Assembly (NCBI RefSeq): GCF_001186125.1
Contig: NW_014040537.1
Location: 118,971 to 170,623 of the forward strand
Direction: 5' to 3'
Origin: Sphaeroforma arctica JP610
Lineage: Eukaryota
Length of the DNA stretch: 51,653 nucleotides
Shown: one piece after another, positions 22,866-34,043 of the stretch
How positions within the stretch are numbered: the first letter of the stretch is position 1
How the letters are laid out: each line of letters opens with the position of its first letter
Position numbers and translations under genes: made by a program
Notes under the pieces: model-generated
Database searches by the model: none
What the model was told of the DNA's origin: nothing
What the model saw: the letters and a program-made list of their open reading frames with translations, nothing else

Positions 22866-24734
22866 CGGTACTACAAGGTACAATCGTTAAAAAGAAAATA
22901 CAACGACCTTTTAGACGAGCGTGTAATAATACCTGTATATTGCAATGGAAATAAAGTCCTTGCATTGATTGATCCTGGTTCAGAAATTTCATGTATATCC
23001 GACCACTTTGCAATAATGAAAGACATTGATAGGCGCACTCAAACTACTCACCTAATCTTAGCAGATGACAAAACTTCTAAGTGTGATACCATGATCACAG
23101 ATGTTAAAATCTCCCAGGCCTATGATAGAAATATCACTACCCAAGCTGTGATAGATAAGATGTCACAGAAGTACGACTTAATAGTCGAAATGAGTGACTT
23201 ACTCACCCTAGGTATAACCGTAACTGGTTTACCAAATAACATAGATCCATTAAAGGATCAATCAGGCGATAATTGTCTGACACCATATAAGCCCCCGTCA
23301 GACACAGTCAAGGCATTAATACCTGAGTTTGCGAACAAAATTATGGATCTGGTTCTAGTAAATAAAAAGATAAAGATCACAGATTGGGAAAAATTCCGTT
23401 TTAACGACGGATATGTCAGCCTTGACTTAACCAAGGTAGAATTTACTAAGCTCAAACACCCTTCAAGAAACTATGTATCTTGGAGACACGAAGCTGTAGT
23501 CAAATAACAAGTTGAGAAATGGTTATCCGACGGGGTAATTGAAATCAATTACCAACAAACGCCAGTTAACGTAGCATTATTGGCAGTTGATCAACACAAA
23601 TCTGACGGAACATTTAAAAAAGTCAGAATATGTCTAGATATGAGTCCAATAAATAAGTTATTGCCGACTCATAGTTTCCATTTCCCTCGTATAAACGAGT
23701 TACTGAGACGAATGGAAGGTGCTACGGTGTTTACATCTAAAGAACTAACACAGGGGTATCATCAAATGCAAATTTATAAACCCCATCGTAGGTACTTTAG
23801 TTTTACCTGGAAAGGTAAACAATACAGGTTCAGAGGTGCACCTTTTGGGTTGTACTCCTTACCAGCATTCTTCCAACAAGTAATAGAGTAAATATTTGCA
23901 GACATGCCTAACGTGCAAGTCTATATAGATGACATAGTCATCTGTTCTAAGACTAAGGGCAAACATGCCGCATTAGTCAGGCGAGTCCTTCAGAGACTCA
24001 ACGAACAAAACTTCAAGATTACCGAGCAGTAATGACACTTCGCCATGAGCGAAATACAGCTCTTAGGCTACCGTATATCTGGGGAAGGTATTAAAATCGA
24101 CCACGGTAAGGTGGAACACCTATTAGATTGGCAAACACCAACTACAGGAAGAGATGTGAACAGCATGTATGGGTTTATAAACTTCTTTTCAGATGGAGTA
24201 CCACACTTGGCTGATTATCTTAAACCCTTTGGACACTTAAGATATCATAAAGGCAAACTAGGAGACTTGTGGACTGAAGAGTGTTATGACGCATTTAAAG
24301 CGCTCAAGCACGCAGTCCAACAAGCCCCTGTTGTACAAGGACCAGTCAATGGCGTGCCTTTTGAAGTAGCAATGGACGCATCAGACTTAGCACTCAGAGG
24401 TGGACTATACCAGTTTATATATAATAAACCTAGGTATATACAATTCTTTAGCCGAGCAATGAATGCATCACAGTCGAATTATCCAACTGTGAAGCAAGAG
24501 CTACTAGCCATAGTAGCAGCTTTAACACACTTCTGCGATTACTTATACGGAACCGCTTCTACGTTGATGTGTGATCAGAAGTCCCTTCAATATATGAAAG
24601 AAATGAAGCCAGACTCTCAATTACTAAGCCGATGGCATGATACACTATCAAAGTTTCATTTTGGTATCAAACACCTACAGGGATACAATCACGCTTTGTA
24701 CCGGACTCCAATAAACCCGTACGTGAGTTACTAG
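22866..24734 (+). pseudogene. pol of element B: protease, RT, RNase H
   Basis: ALIDPGS; VRICLD; GYHQ; APFGL; YIDD; LLGY; MDASD; ELLAIV; CDQKSL. Several stops. Confidence 0.92.
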
Positions 24735-24739
24735 CCACT

Positions 24740-25225
24740 GATTGGAAATGTAACCCCAGGTGGGTTGAACTGGCTCAAAAGATATTTGGGCCACATACAG
24801 TTGACATGTTTGCTGCACATCATAATGCACAACTTAAGAACTACAGGACTTTAAATCATTCTTTAGGAGATGCCTTTCAACTAGACCTCTTCAAACATAA
24901 TGCGTGGGCTAATATACCATGGCAGTTAATTGCCCAGTTACTAAATTATGTTTATATGCACAAAGCTATCATCACGTTGTGTTACCCATTACGGAGTAAA
25001 GATCCATGGCTCAATAAATTAATAAGCATAATACAATGCGAGCCAATATATCTAGATAGGGAAGTAGATACTTTCCTATATCAGGGTACCCGAGCCGTCC
25101 AGAAGACACCCTGGAGACATACTATAATATGTCGTATAGGTTCCATTGGAACAACCAAATGGACCCCTTCTGAGACCTTCTTAACAAGATCAAAGTATCG
25201 GAGATTCCACTCTCCACTAGATTGA
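24740..25225 (+). pseudogene. DNA N6-adenine methyltransferase domain (Dam / DIRS MT type) in element B pol
   Basis: DWKCNP..FGPHTVDMFAAHHNA..DAF..WANIPWQLI..YP..W..KTPW. Aligns by eye with 10662-11054. Confidence 0.85.
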
Positions 25226-25812
25226 ACGTTAAGCAGTTCAAAGGCAACACATCACTTGAAGTCTGTGCACAATAAATACAATCTACTAATGGTACTACAG
25301 TTAAGAAGCGTCAGTCTCTAACTAGGACTCTGTTCAATAACATAAAGTTCGACAACGATAAAATCCCTTCGGCGAAAACAGTACTGAGAGGATTATATAT
25401 AGGCAATGTCTCAGCCCCACAATCCCTCAGAGTATTGCTGTTTTCACGAGGCATACTTAACTTTACCAAAAGACTCATTTCGTTTATTTATTTCGAATTC
25501 CACGATACTTAGACTTAACCTAAGCGTTTAATTACTCTAAGGCGTTAATATCGCCTTGATAGACCGAATCGTACAATAGATGCATGCAAAACACACAAAA
25601 ATAAGATGAAAACAAAAGACGTATGTATAAGACGCATACAATAGATGCATGCAAAAGACGCAAAATAAAGTTAATGCGTATCTGACTTTTTTTCTCTTAT
25701 GTTTATACTTTATTCAAGTATCAATCAGTACTATTCACAAGCTAAGCGACACCATTGTATACTACACAAAACAAACTTCTCCTTCTTCCTTTGTTTACGT
25801 TTTTGGCTACTC

Positions 25813-26125
25813 ACGACTATAGTACTTGCTAGGGAACTATACTCGCGAACCAACGGCCACACAATTACGAATATAGTACTTGTTAGAGAGCTATACTCGC
25901 GAACCGACGGCCTCACTATTTCAAAATTCCACATCCACATGCCTTTCCATTCCAGATTCAACGGCTTTCCATTCTCTAATTTCACATCCAACGGCCTTCC
26001 ATTCTTTAATTTCGTATTCAACGGAACGGCCTTCCATTCTCTAATTTCAATCCAACGGCCGTCTATTCTCTAATTTTACATTCAATGGCCCTTTGAAAAA
26101 TTCTTCATTTCACATTCAACGGCAA
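25813..26125. repeat. Two ~54-bp direct repeats followed by degenerate ~30-bp CAACGGC-containing repeats
   Basis: TATAGTACTTG.TAG.GA.CTATACTCGCGAACC.ACGGCC occurs twice; then CAACGGC...CCATTCTCTAATTTC units. Confidence 0.75.
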
Positions 26126-26339
26126 CAGTTCATTGAACAATTCGAAAATCTTTCCGTTCATGTTGTTCAGTGAGTCTGTGATTTTCCGTTCATTAATATA
26201 TATATGTTACAAATTTTTTATTTTTTATTTTGCTAAAATCATAAATATTATTTTTCCCATATAATATGAGACAATATATACATATTTTATATTTTATTAT
26301 GTATTTTATATTTATAGCGCCCAATGTCCATAGCCCTAA

Positions 26340-27105
26340 ATGTTTACGAATCTTGTTGGGGCAGAATTCGTAATCATAGACTGCTGGTATTTATATATAT
26401 TATTTAAAAAAATAATTAGTAGAAACTCTAGAGCGAGAAACACTAACTATTTAGAATACATAGTATTTACACATAGGCAGGCAGTAAGTAGTACTATAGC
26501 TCAGTAGGCACTAGTAAGTAGCACATAGATAACAGTTTATATGCATTAAACGATCGACTCATATGTAGTATATAACAATGTTACTATATAATATGCTTAA
26601 AAAGTGTGTAGATGTACACATCATTACATATACAGTTTTAAATAAACATATAATTAAACATATACGTCTTCGATTCTCAATCCTTCTCATTTTATGGACG
26701 AGATCGAATTTTAAAACGTAGCTAAAGATAGCTAAACAAAACATGCTAATATCGTCCGTAATTGAACTCTGCAGAGTTCCATTCGACGTTAATGAAGTGG
26801 TCGATGTACATATTACACCAATCACTTCACTGGGGGCTCGAAACTGCTCATTTCGATTCAAGTGGGCAGTGTCCCGGTCCCCGGAGTTTGCTACACAGTC
26901 CGATCTGCTGCTAGCAGATTGGTTGTTGAACAACAGAAACATAGCTATCGTGAAGATAGCTATGTATACTGTTGTTTCCGTAGCTACGCTAGTCTTTATA
27001 GTTATATTAAACGAAGGGAGAGTGGTCCTCTCCCTTCGAAACGATCGCCTGCATCCTACGCGATGTCAGGCGATATCTTTAGTATAAATAAATACTGAAG
27101 TAGAG
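26340..27105 (+). ncRNA. Candidate highly structured non-coding RNA of unknown family
   Basis: More than ten consecutive stems with G-U pairs on the + strand; see findings. Confidence 0.5.
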
Positions 27106-27372
27106 CTGTATACAAGTCGACCGACAACTGTATACAAGTCAGCCGAAAACTGTAAACAAGTCAGCCAAAATCTGTATACAAGTCAGCCGAAATCTGTATA
27201 CAAATCAGCCAAAATTTGTATACAAGTCAGCCAAAAGCTGTATACAAGCCAGCCAAAAACTGTATACAAGTCAACCGAAAACTGTATACAAGTCAGCCAA
27301 AATCTGTATACAAGTCAGCCGAAAACTGTATACAAGTCAGTCAAAAACTGTATACAAGTCAGCCGAAAACTG
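27106..27372. repeat. 22-bp tandem array, 12 copies (CTGTATACAAGTCAGCCGAAAA)
   Basis: Direct inspection; head-to-tail with no spacers. Confidence 0.95.
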
Positions 27373-27518
27373 CGAACTGGCATCAGGCAATAAGCGATAA
27401 AGGTAATTATTGTTCATAATAAAGGAAATTGTTTTCTTAAACTTGTTTATAAATGTTTATTGAATATATATTGAATGTTTACTATATATAAATAATATAC
27501 AGAGTGAGTATCAAGACC

Positions 27519-28201
27519 TCATTTGCGTCTGCTGCGTACGCGAGATGCGACTGATTCTATTGGTTTTTGGGTCTGCTTTGACGACTTCGACCCAGCACTG
27601 CCAGCAGGTGCAGTAGTTGAACCCACAGCAGTTATAGTAGGCATGTTCGGCACAGCACCTATATCAGCTGTAGCCTGCGCGAACTGCAAAAGAGATGCAT
27701 AAGTTGTAGCAGGGTTCGCCACAGCAGCTGTTACAACATACTCAAGCCTAAGCATCGAAGTGCTAGTGCTTTTAGGAAGCAAAGCATTTAATTGTGCTGC
27801 TGTTATTACTTTTATATTTTCACCGAGTGGAAATGAAATAGCAGTCTGAGTCCCTGCGTCTCGACCTCGGCCTAGACCACGAGCAGGATGGCCTTGCAAA
27901 TTCCGAAATCCAAATTCCGAAATCTTCCTACCCGAGAAGGTCTTTGAGCATTTTTATCAAGTGCAGGACCCAGATGTTACGATGGTATAGCCCCTCGTTC
28001 GACCATATATCGAGGCGGATTAAAATTTCCATATCGTACAATTTCTGTTTTGAGAAAGTGACGGTTGCAGATATAATCAGCCTTCACATCTTCCAAAAGA
28101 AAACCTTGCAGTGCTGTCATCATTTCACCTCTGATATTGTGCAAGGTTACTTCCGGTCTGAATTTTTGGCAATTATAAACTCTTCATTTGCCTCCAGCCA
28201 T
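27519..28201 (-). pseudogene. THAP-domain protein pseudogene 2
   Basis: Manual translation from ATG 28201: MAGGK*RVYNC...YICNRHF...RGAIPS*, i.e. a C2CH THAP with AVP-like box and the first Cys position a stop. Continues into the Ala/Thr-rich ORF 27519-27899. The THAP part is missing from the ORF track. Confidence 0.65.
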
Positions 28202-28478
28202 AGTACCAAGTGTAATTCTGTGTGATGTTATCTATATGCGAGTATATCCTTGTTACGTTGGTCTAATATTGTCAATTTTCGAAACTGGTTTGAGTGACAC
28301 GTTCTGAATTTAGGATCACGCATAGATCACGCATTTGCTATAGGGGGGTGTTTTTGCACCCAACATAACGTGAATAATCGAAATTAGTGCGGATCAGTTT
28401 GTTGGGGTCTGAAATAGAATTAGTTATTTTAGAAACACCTGGCACAGATTATAAAGAGTTTATTAACAGTTTTTTTAC

Positions 28479-28632
28479 GAGTTTACTAATAGATAATTGC
28501 GAGTTTACTAACTGATAACTGTGAGTTTACTGACGGATAATTGCGAGTTTACTGACGGTTAATTGCTATTTTACTGACAGATAGTTTTGAGTATACTGAT
28601 ACTGAAAGATTATTGTGAATTTACTGACGGTT
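28479..28632. repeat. Degenerate 22-bp tandem array (GAGTTTACTGACGGATAATTGC), about 7 copies
   Basis: Direct inspection. Confidence 0.85.
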
Positions 28633-28741
28633 TATATGTGCATAGTATATCAGTTTGCACATAATACAATCTGAATAAATGCAAGCTAAATATACAATTA
28701 CCTATGTGTCTATTACTATGAGTGCACACATTCGTACATAC

Positions 28742-29495
28742 TTACATACTAGAAGTAGCTCTGTTCATGTCCTTCGTAATGCAACGTGCTTCTGCCGCGA
28801 CCGACGTCAGGTCGACCACGTTCCCAGTGATAGCCCCATACATCTTTTAACTGCTTGTGTGTTTCAAGATTTCTCGCACTATCCAGCGATCCCACGTCTC
28901 GCGCCATGAATCCATGTATTGATGTGAATTACCATCGTTGCATTCAATGGCTTGGAATTTAGTAGAACGTACATACTTCAGTTGAAGCGGATTTTCATTG
29001 AGTACGGCAACTAATTCACAGGCTAGGGGACTCATAAATGGGTCACCACGTTGTGTGTATCGGCCAAAAACTACTTGCGCTTCGGAATCTAACATTACTC
29101 TCCATGTTGTTTCTACATAACATTTCGAAAGTACTGCATCACGTCACTAAGGCTGTGAAGCTGTATGGTTTCATTAAAAGGAATCGCTGCTAGCGTACGT
29201 GTAGTAGCTGTATTGCCAGACGGCGTAGCCGCTCCTTCCTCTGAGCTACGGTTATGGTGTGCACCCAAATGCCTCAATGGAAATGCATCTGCTAATAGCT
29301 TTATACCCCCACTAGCCGTTTTACACATATCCACCTGCGATGCGTCCAGTATAACGGGAAAGATGTCTCTTTTCTTGTGTAGTCATCCTTAGCTTTCAAA
29401 GCCTCAGTCCATATATTTCTAATGTCAATGTCTGTAGGGAATTTCACCAAATTTGACCTTGAGCTGCAATTTAATACTGAACACTGAGGTGGCAT
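28742..29495 (-). pseudogene. THAP-domain protein pseudogene 1
   Basis: MPPQCSVLNC...KFPTDIDIRNIWTEAL, then after a frameshift KLLADAFP (AVP-like box). The central CxxHF motif is not visible. Followed by fragments 29113-29334 and 28847-29095. Confidence 0.65.
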
Positions 29496-30245
29496 ATTTG
29501 AGCATGCGGACTTATGTTTGTTATTGCAGATAAGTAATATAAATTAGTGATCGGTGTGTTGCCTTGTGCTTGCTATATTGGCCACAAGTGTAAAAATAAA
29601 TATGTAAAAATTTTGCCATCTTTTTTTTGTACCAAGAAACAATCAATTTTCAAACTGGTAACAATTTGCCACCTTTCTTGAAAAGGTGGTCAGCATGCGT
29701 CGAGCGGAGATGCAACACGATAGCTCTGAAATTGAAAACAGAGCTCAAGGACAACACTATCGATAGGGTCGATAGGTGTGAGCAATCATGTGTATGCCTG
29801 TGAAATATAAAGTTCACAATGCACCTTCTGGCAGGATAAGTGACAAGTGTGGTTTACGCCCTCCGTGACCTAAAAAATGGAATTGGCGTGCATTGCAAAG
29901 AAGTGTTTATCGCGTTTCACTCGACTAATACAGTGTAAAAATGAGTGTCCAATATGTCGGTTTGCATTTATTAATGTTATTTCGTCCTATTTGGTATTTC
30001 CCAATATACACGATATTTCACCCGTACTCGTGAAGTGTAGCAAGGTAGCACAACTTAATATTTGGTCACATACGTCAAGGAAAATACGTACGTATTTACA
30101 CAGACAGTAAGACGTATACACACAAGAACACACACGTACACACGCACTCATACACACACACACACGCACACGACACACTAACGTAACGTACTAACGTACG
30201 TAACTAACTAACGGAACACCTACCTTACTACGACTACTCTACAAC

Positions 30246-30602
30246 NNNNNNNNNNNNNNNNNNNNNNNNNNNNNNNNNNNNNNNNNNNNNNNNNNNNNNN
30301 NNNNNNNNNNNNNNNNNNNNNNNNNNNNNNNNNNNNNNNNNNNNNNNNNNNNNNNNNNNNNNNNNNNNNNNNNNNNNNNNNNNNNNNNNNNNNNNNNNNN
30401 NNNNNNNNNNNNNNNNNNNNNNNNNNNNNNNNNNNNNNNNNNNNNNNNNNNNNNNNNNNNNNNNNNNNNNNNNNNNNNNNNNNNNNNNNNNNNNNNNNNN
30501 NNNNNNNNNNNNNNNNNNNNNNNNNNNNNNNNNNNNNNNNNNNNNNNNNNNNNNNNNNNNNNNNNNNNNNNNNNNNNNNNNNNNNNNNNNNNNNNNNNNN
30601 NN
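30246..30602. other. Assembly gap flanked by simple repeats
   Basis: N run. Linkage of the sequences on either side rests on scaffolding only. Confidence 0.95.
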
Positions 30603-30711
<109 letters not shown>

Positions 30712-30794
30712 TACGCGCGCGTGCACACACACACGCATGGACATACGTTATTGAAGGTATTATATAGGTAGATTGACTTTTATTGAGCTTTGTT

Positions 30795-32967
30795 CTAGTT
30801 AGTATCTGTTGCTGCATTTTTCTTTATCGGAGTGCTTTCCGACAGACTATCTACCAGTTCAGAAAGAGGGGGTATCAGACTGGCATTGCCCTTGACGAAC
30901 GTCATATTTTTAAATGTACTCTCATTGAAGGTCGCTTTCCGACTATCATCGAGGAGATTGCCGGATAATGAGATGACGCTCTCGGATTGACATGATATGA
31001 TGTAGGCTTGAATGAAATGGGTAATGTGTTCCGAAATTTCAACCAGTACTCTGTTGCCTGCAAAGTAGGATTCATCAATTTGCCTTCGCTTAACGTGATG
31101 GGCAGCTGAACTGGCAGATTTTCCCATATATCTAGTTCCCTATCTACACTGTTCTCCATCTCCCGGTGCATAGTTTCCTCTGAAGGTGTGTTAGAAGAGG
31201 TGTCCACCACAACATTCCTTTGTGCTTTCTTAGTTTGCAAAAGTCGGCGACGCTTGCTGGCTGGACTTGCTTCTGTGTCTTCCGCCATATTCTCTAGCCA
31301 ATCCAAAGATGACTTTGATACCGAACTGGTTTTCGAACTGCCCTGTACTGAAGTTGTTGTTAAACAATCGATCACTTTCTCGTTGGCGTCAGCTAAACAT
31401 TGCGTATATGTTTGAATTCTAATTTGTAGTACCATAAGTGGCCACAAAACTCCAATAAACTGTCGTCGTAGTGTCTTCACAATTATTGACGATTCGCACT
31501 TATTTTTCCTATTTTTGTCATCTCTCCCATACCACAACCCAGATGGACGGTTTTCCAGTGGATCCTCCAAAATTGCGGTTACTGCAGGATCAATTAGATT
31601 ATCTCTTTTAGCCATCGGATACAGCCCTAACCATCGTGTTGATCCATTGGTCCTAACCTTCTTCACCTCGTGACCGATTTTTTGCTGGGCTAAAGCTAGT
31701 TTGTCACTAGCTACAGTACTCTTATTGAAATATGCAGCTCTCGTCGCAATGTTGGTTATTAATGCCTCTATCACCGTGGTATCGTAAGCTTCCGTTGTGG
31801 ATGCAAGATCAGCAAGATCCGTATCCATATTTATAATCCGCTCCAGAATATCAATTTGAAGGTCTTCACTCTCATTGTGTAGACCTTCTCCCCGCAACAG
31901 TGTAACCTGATTACTTGCTGTTTTGATATCACCACTAACTGCGTTCTTTAGGCATAGCTGTACCTTATGTGATAGACAACCAAGTGTGTAGAGGGCAGTG
32001 TCTCTCATGGCTTTCATGACATTCGCTGCATTATCTGGGGTACCGCTGAAAAAGATCTGTTTCAGATCTAACTTTCCATTCGACCTCTTGTCCGCCTGAA
32101 TCCAGTCATTTAAAATGTCTCGTTGCCATTCTACTAAATTTTTGCCTGAGTGTCCTCCTCGTACAGCTAGTAATCCAATGAATACAGTTTGCATCACAAA
32201 GGTTTCTGGGTCGTTGAAATGAACAAGCAAGCCTGGCCAGTTAGTACCATTTGCATCCTTCCAAAGATCGCTTTCTACTGCGACAAAGGGACCATTGTAG
32301 TAGAAACAAGCCACATGCCAACGTCGGAGTGCATTAGCTCTTATACCTGCCTTAATGAAGGGTAAGTACTTGCAAACAGTTGCCGGTGCAGGCAGATTGT
32401 ATCTAGACTTTAAGGTGTCCGGAACTTGCTTCGCTAAATGAAACCAGTCACGGAATTGCAGTTTATGACCCGAGTGCAAAAGGTACATCGTTTACACAGG
32501 TCATGATAGCCCACTGCATGTCTGCCTTAGTTTTGCTATGCGAGAATTGTGACACTACCTTGTCAGTCTTCTTCTCTAAGAAAGGTACCTTTAGCTGCTC
32601 GTGCTTCACTCCCTCATCGCAAACACGTTTCTTTTCAGTTTTGAGTGTTTGATACCAATTCTTTGCATGTTTGCCCTCATAATGAGAGATAGCATTATTC
32701 ACCGTTTTACGCTTCCATACTCTAACTTTTTTGGCTTCTTTTTTTTAGCTTTCCAGTACTTGACTTTTGCTTTAGCTACTTCAGCGCAGAAGTTACATGT
32801 TGCTCCCTCTCCGCCGTCTACCTCAGTCCATTGCTTAATTTCAAGTGCTATACGGATATCCTTTTTCATACCATCGTATATTTCTGCAGGTTTATCCTTA
32901 GTAAAGGCTCGTGTATCATAGCCTCTACATCAACATCCTCGTAAGTAATTTTTGCAAGTTCCCCCAT
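30795..32967 (-). pseudogene. hAT-superfamily transposase with BED zinc finger
   Basis: W...ATCNFC...SHYEGKH (BED); ESDLWKD; TPDNAANV; CLSH; STRW; YWLK and SCQSESVIS (C-terminal dimerisation region). Several frameshifts. Confidence 0.9.
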
Positions 32968-33917
32968 TGTAATTGTAGCTAACTCTGAGCTGGTATACAG
33001 TTGATAGATAGTATAGAGCTAATATTCTAAAAGTTTACAGACAGTCATATTCAGTTGATGGACAGTTGATAGCCAACTTATTAATAGTTGACAGATATAA
33101 TGTGTGCAGTTTACTGTTATAAAATAGACAGTTTTTAGCTAGGTTATAAAGAGTTAACCAATACTTTGTGTACGTTTGTGGTTATATTACAGACAGCTTA
33201 CGGATTTTTCGAAGCTAGTATATTAATAGTTATCAAGCTTGTGGTCAGTGTGTATGTGATATTGCGGTGTTGTACAGGTATTTACTTAGTGGTGACTTGG
33301 TGAATCATAACTCTCCGACTTCCGTTTGTCTATGATTATTAGATATTATTTATTTAGTATATTGCCACATATAGTGTGGCCAACGAAACTTATCTTGTAT
33401 GTACTCAACAGTTATTAGCCAATAATAGTATGCTTTATTCTGTAATCCTATCTAAGCACGTTTACCCGGTTCATTTATACAGTAAGTGGCACTGGGTGCA
33501 AAGTGCACCCACTACACACTGTGCAGTAACTCACTGTACACAGTGCACAACTGCACATTGTACAGTGTACAGTGTACAGTGGTGGAATACCACAGGAATT
33601 AGATTATCTTTTACTCAGTCACTATCATCCAATCAGATGTACGCGATTACAACTATTTTACTGAGTCTAAGACAACTATCTCTGCTCAATAGTTTACGTG
33701 CCAACCAGATGTCAACAGTCAAATGATACTCGCTTTAAAGATGACTTACATATACATATATAACTTCAGGTTGCATTTTGGCGGTGCTGGCCTGGTGTGT
33801 ACCACTGTACTGTGGAGTCTGTGGTACTGTGTAGAATATATTTGCAACATATATAAATTAATATCGCAAATCAAATAAATTTCAAATAGTATATTATATT
33901 ATATTTCGTATATATGA

Positions 33918-34043
33918 CACATGGCATATTTTATATAATATGGCATATTTCATAAATATGGCTTATATTTTAGAAATATGGCATATTTCATAAATATGGC
34001 GTATAAATGGCATATTTTTGCCATATTTTTGAAATCAACACTC
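33918..34043 (-). repeat. ATATGGCATATTT repeats and possible hAT terminus
   Basis: About seven short repeats. Minus strand from 34043 reads GAGTGTTGATTT, resembling CAGTGTT-type hAT ends. The partner end is not visible. Confidence 0.4.

Larger units (their letters stand above)
19308..25575 (+). mobile_element. Ty3/Gypsy LTR retrotransposon (element B): LTR-gag-PR-RT-RH-MTase, then a partial 3' LTR; no integrase
   Basis: 5' LTR 19308-20565 (with insert). 3' LTR remnant about 25350-25575 ending GAATCGTACA, followed by ATAG. Confidence 0.92.

Noticed and set aside
19308..25575. Calling the MTase-bearing elements DIRS
   Set aside because: They have TG..CA LTRs, aspartic protease and Gypsy-type RT/RNase H; element C has a DDE integrase and family B shows a TSD. 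No tyrosine recombinase was seen.
27106..27372. CRISPR-like array
   Set aside because: Head-to-tail 22-bp units with no unique spacers, no cas genes, eukaryotic context.
30170..30245. ACGTAACGTACTAAC-type sequence beside gaps (also 45920-46100)
   Set aside because: Looks like low-quality read-end artefact at contig edges.
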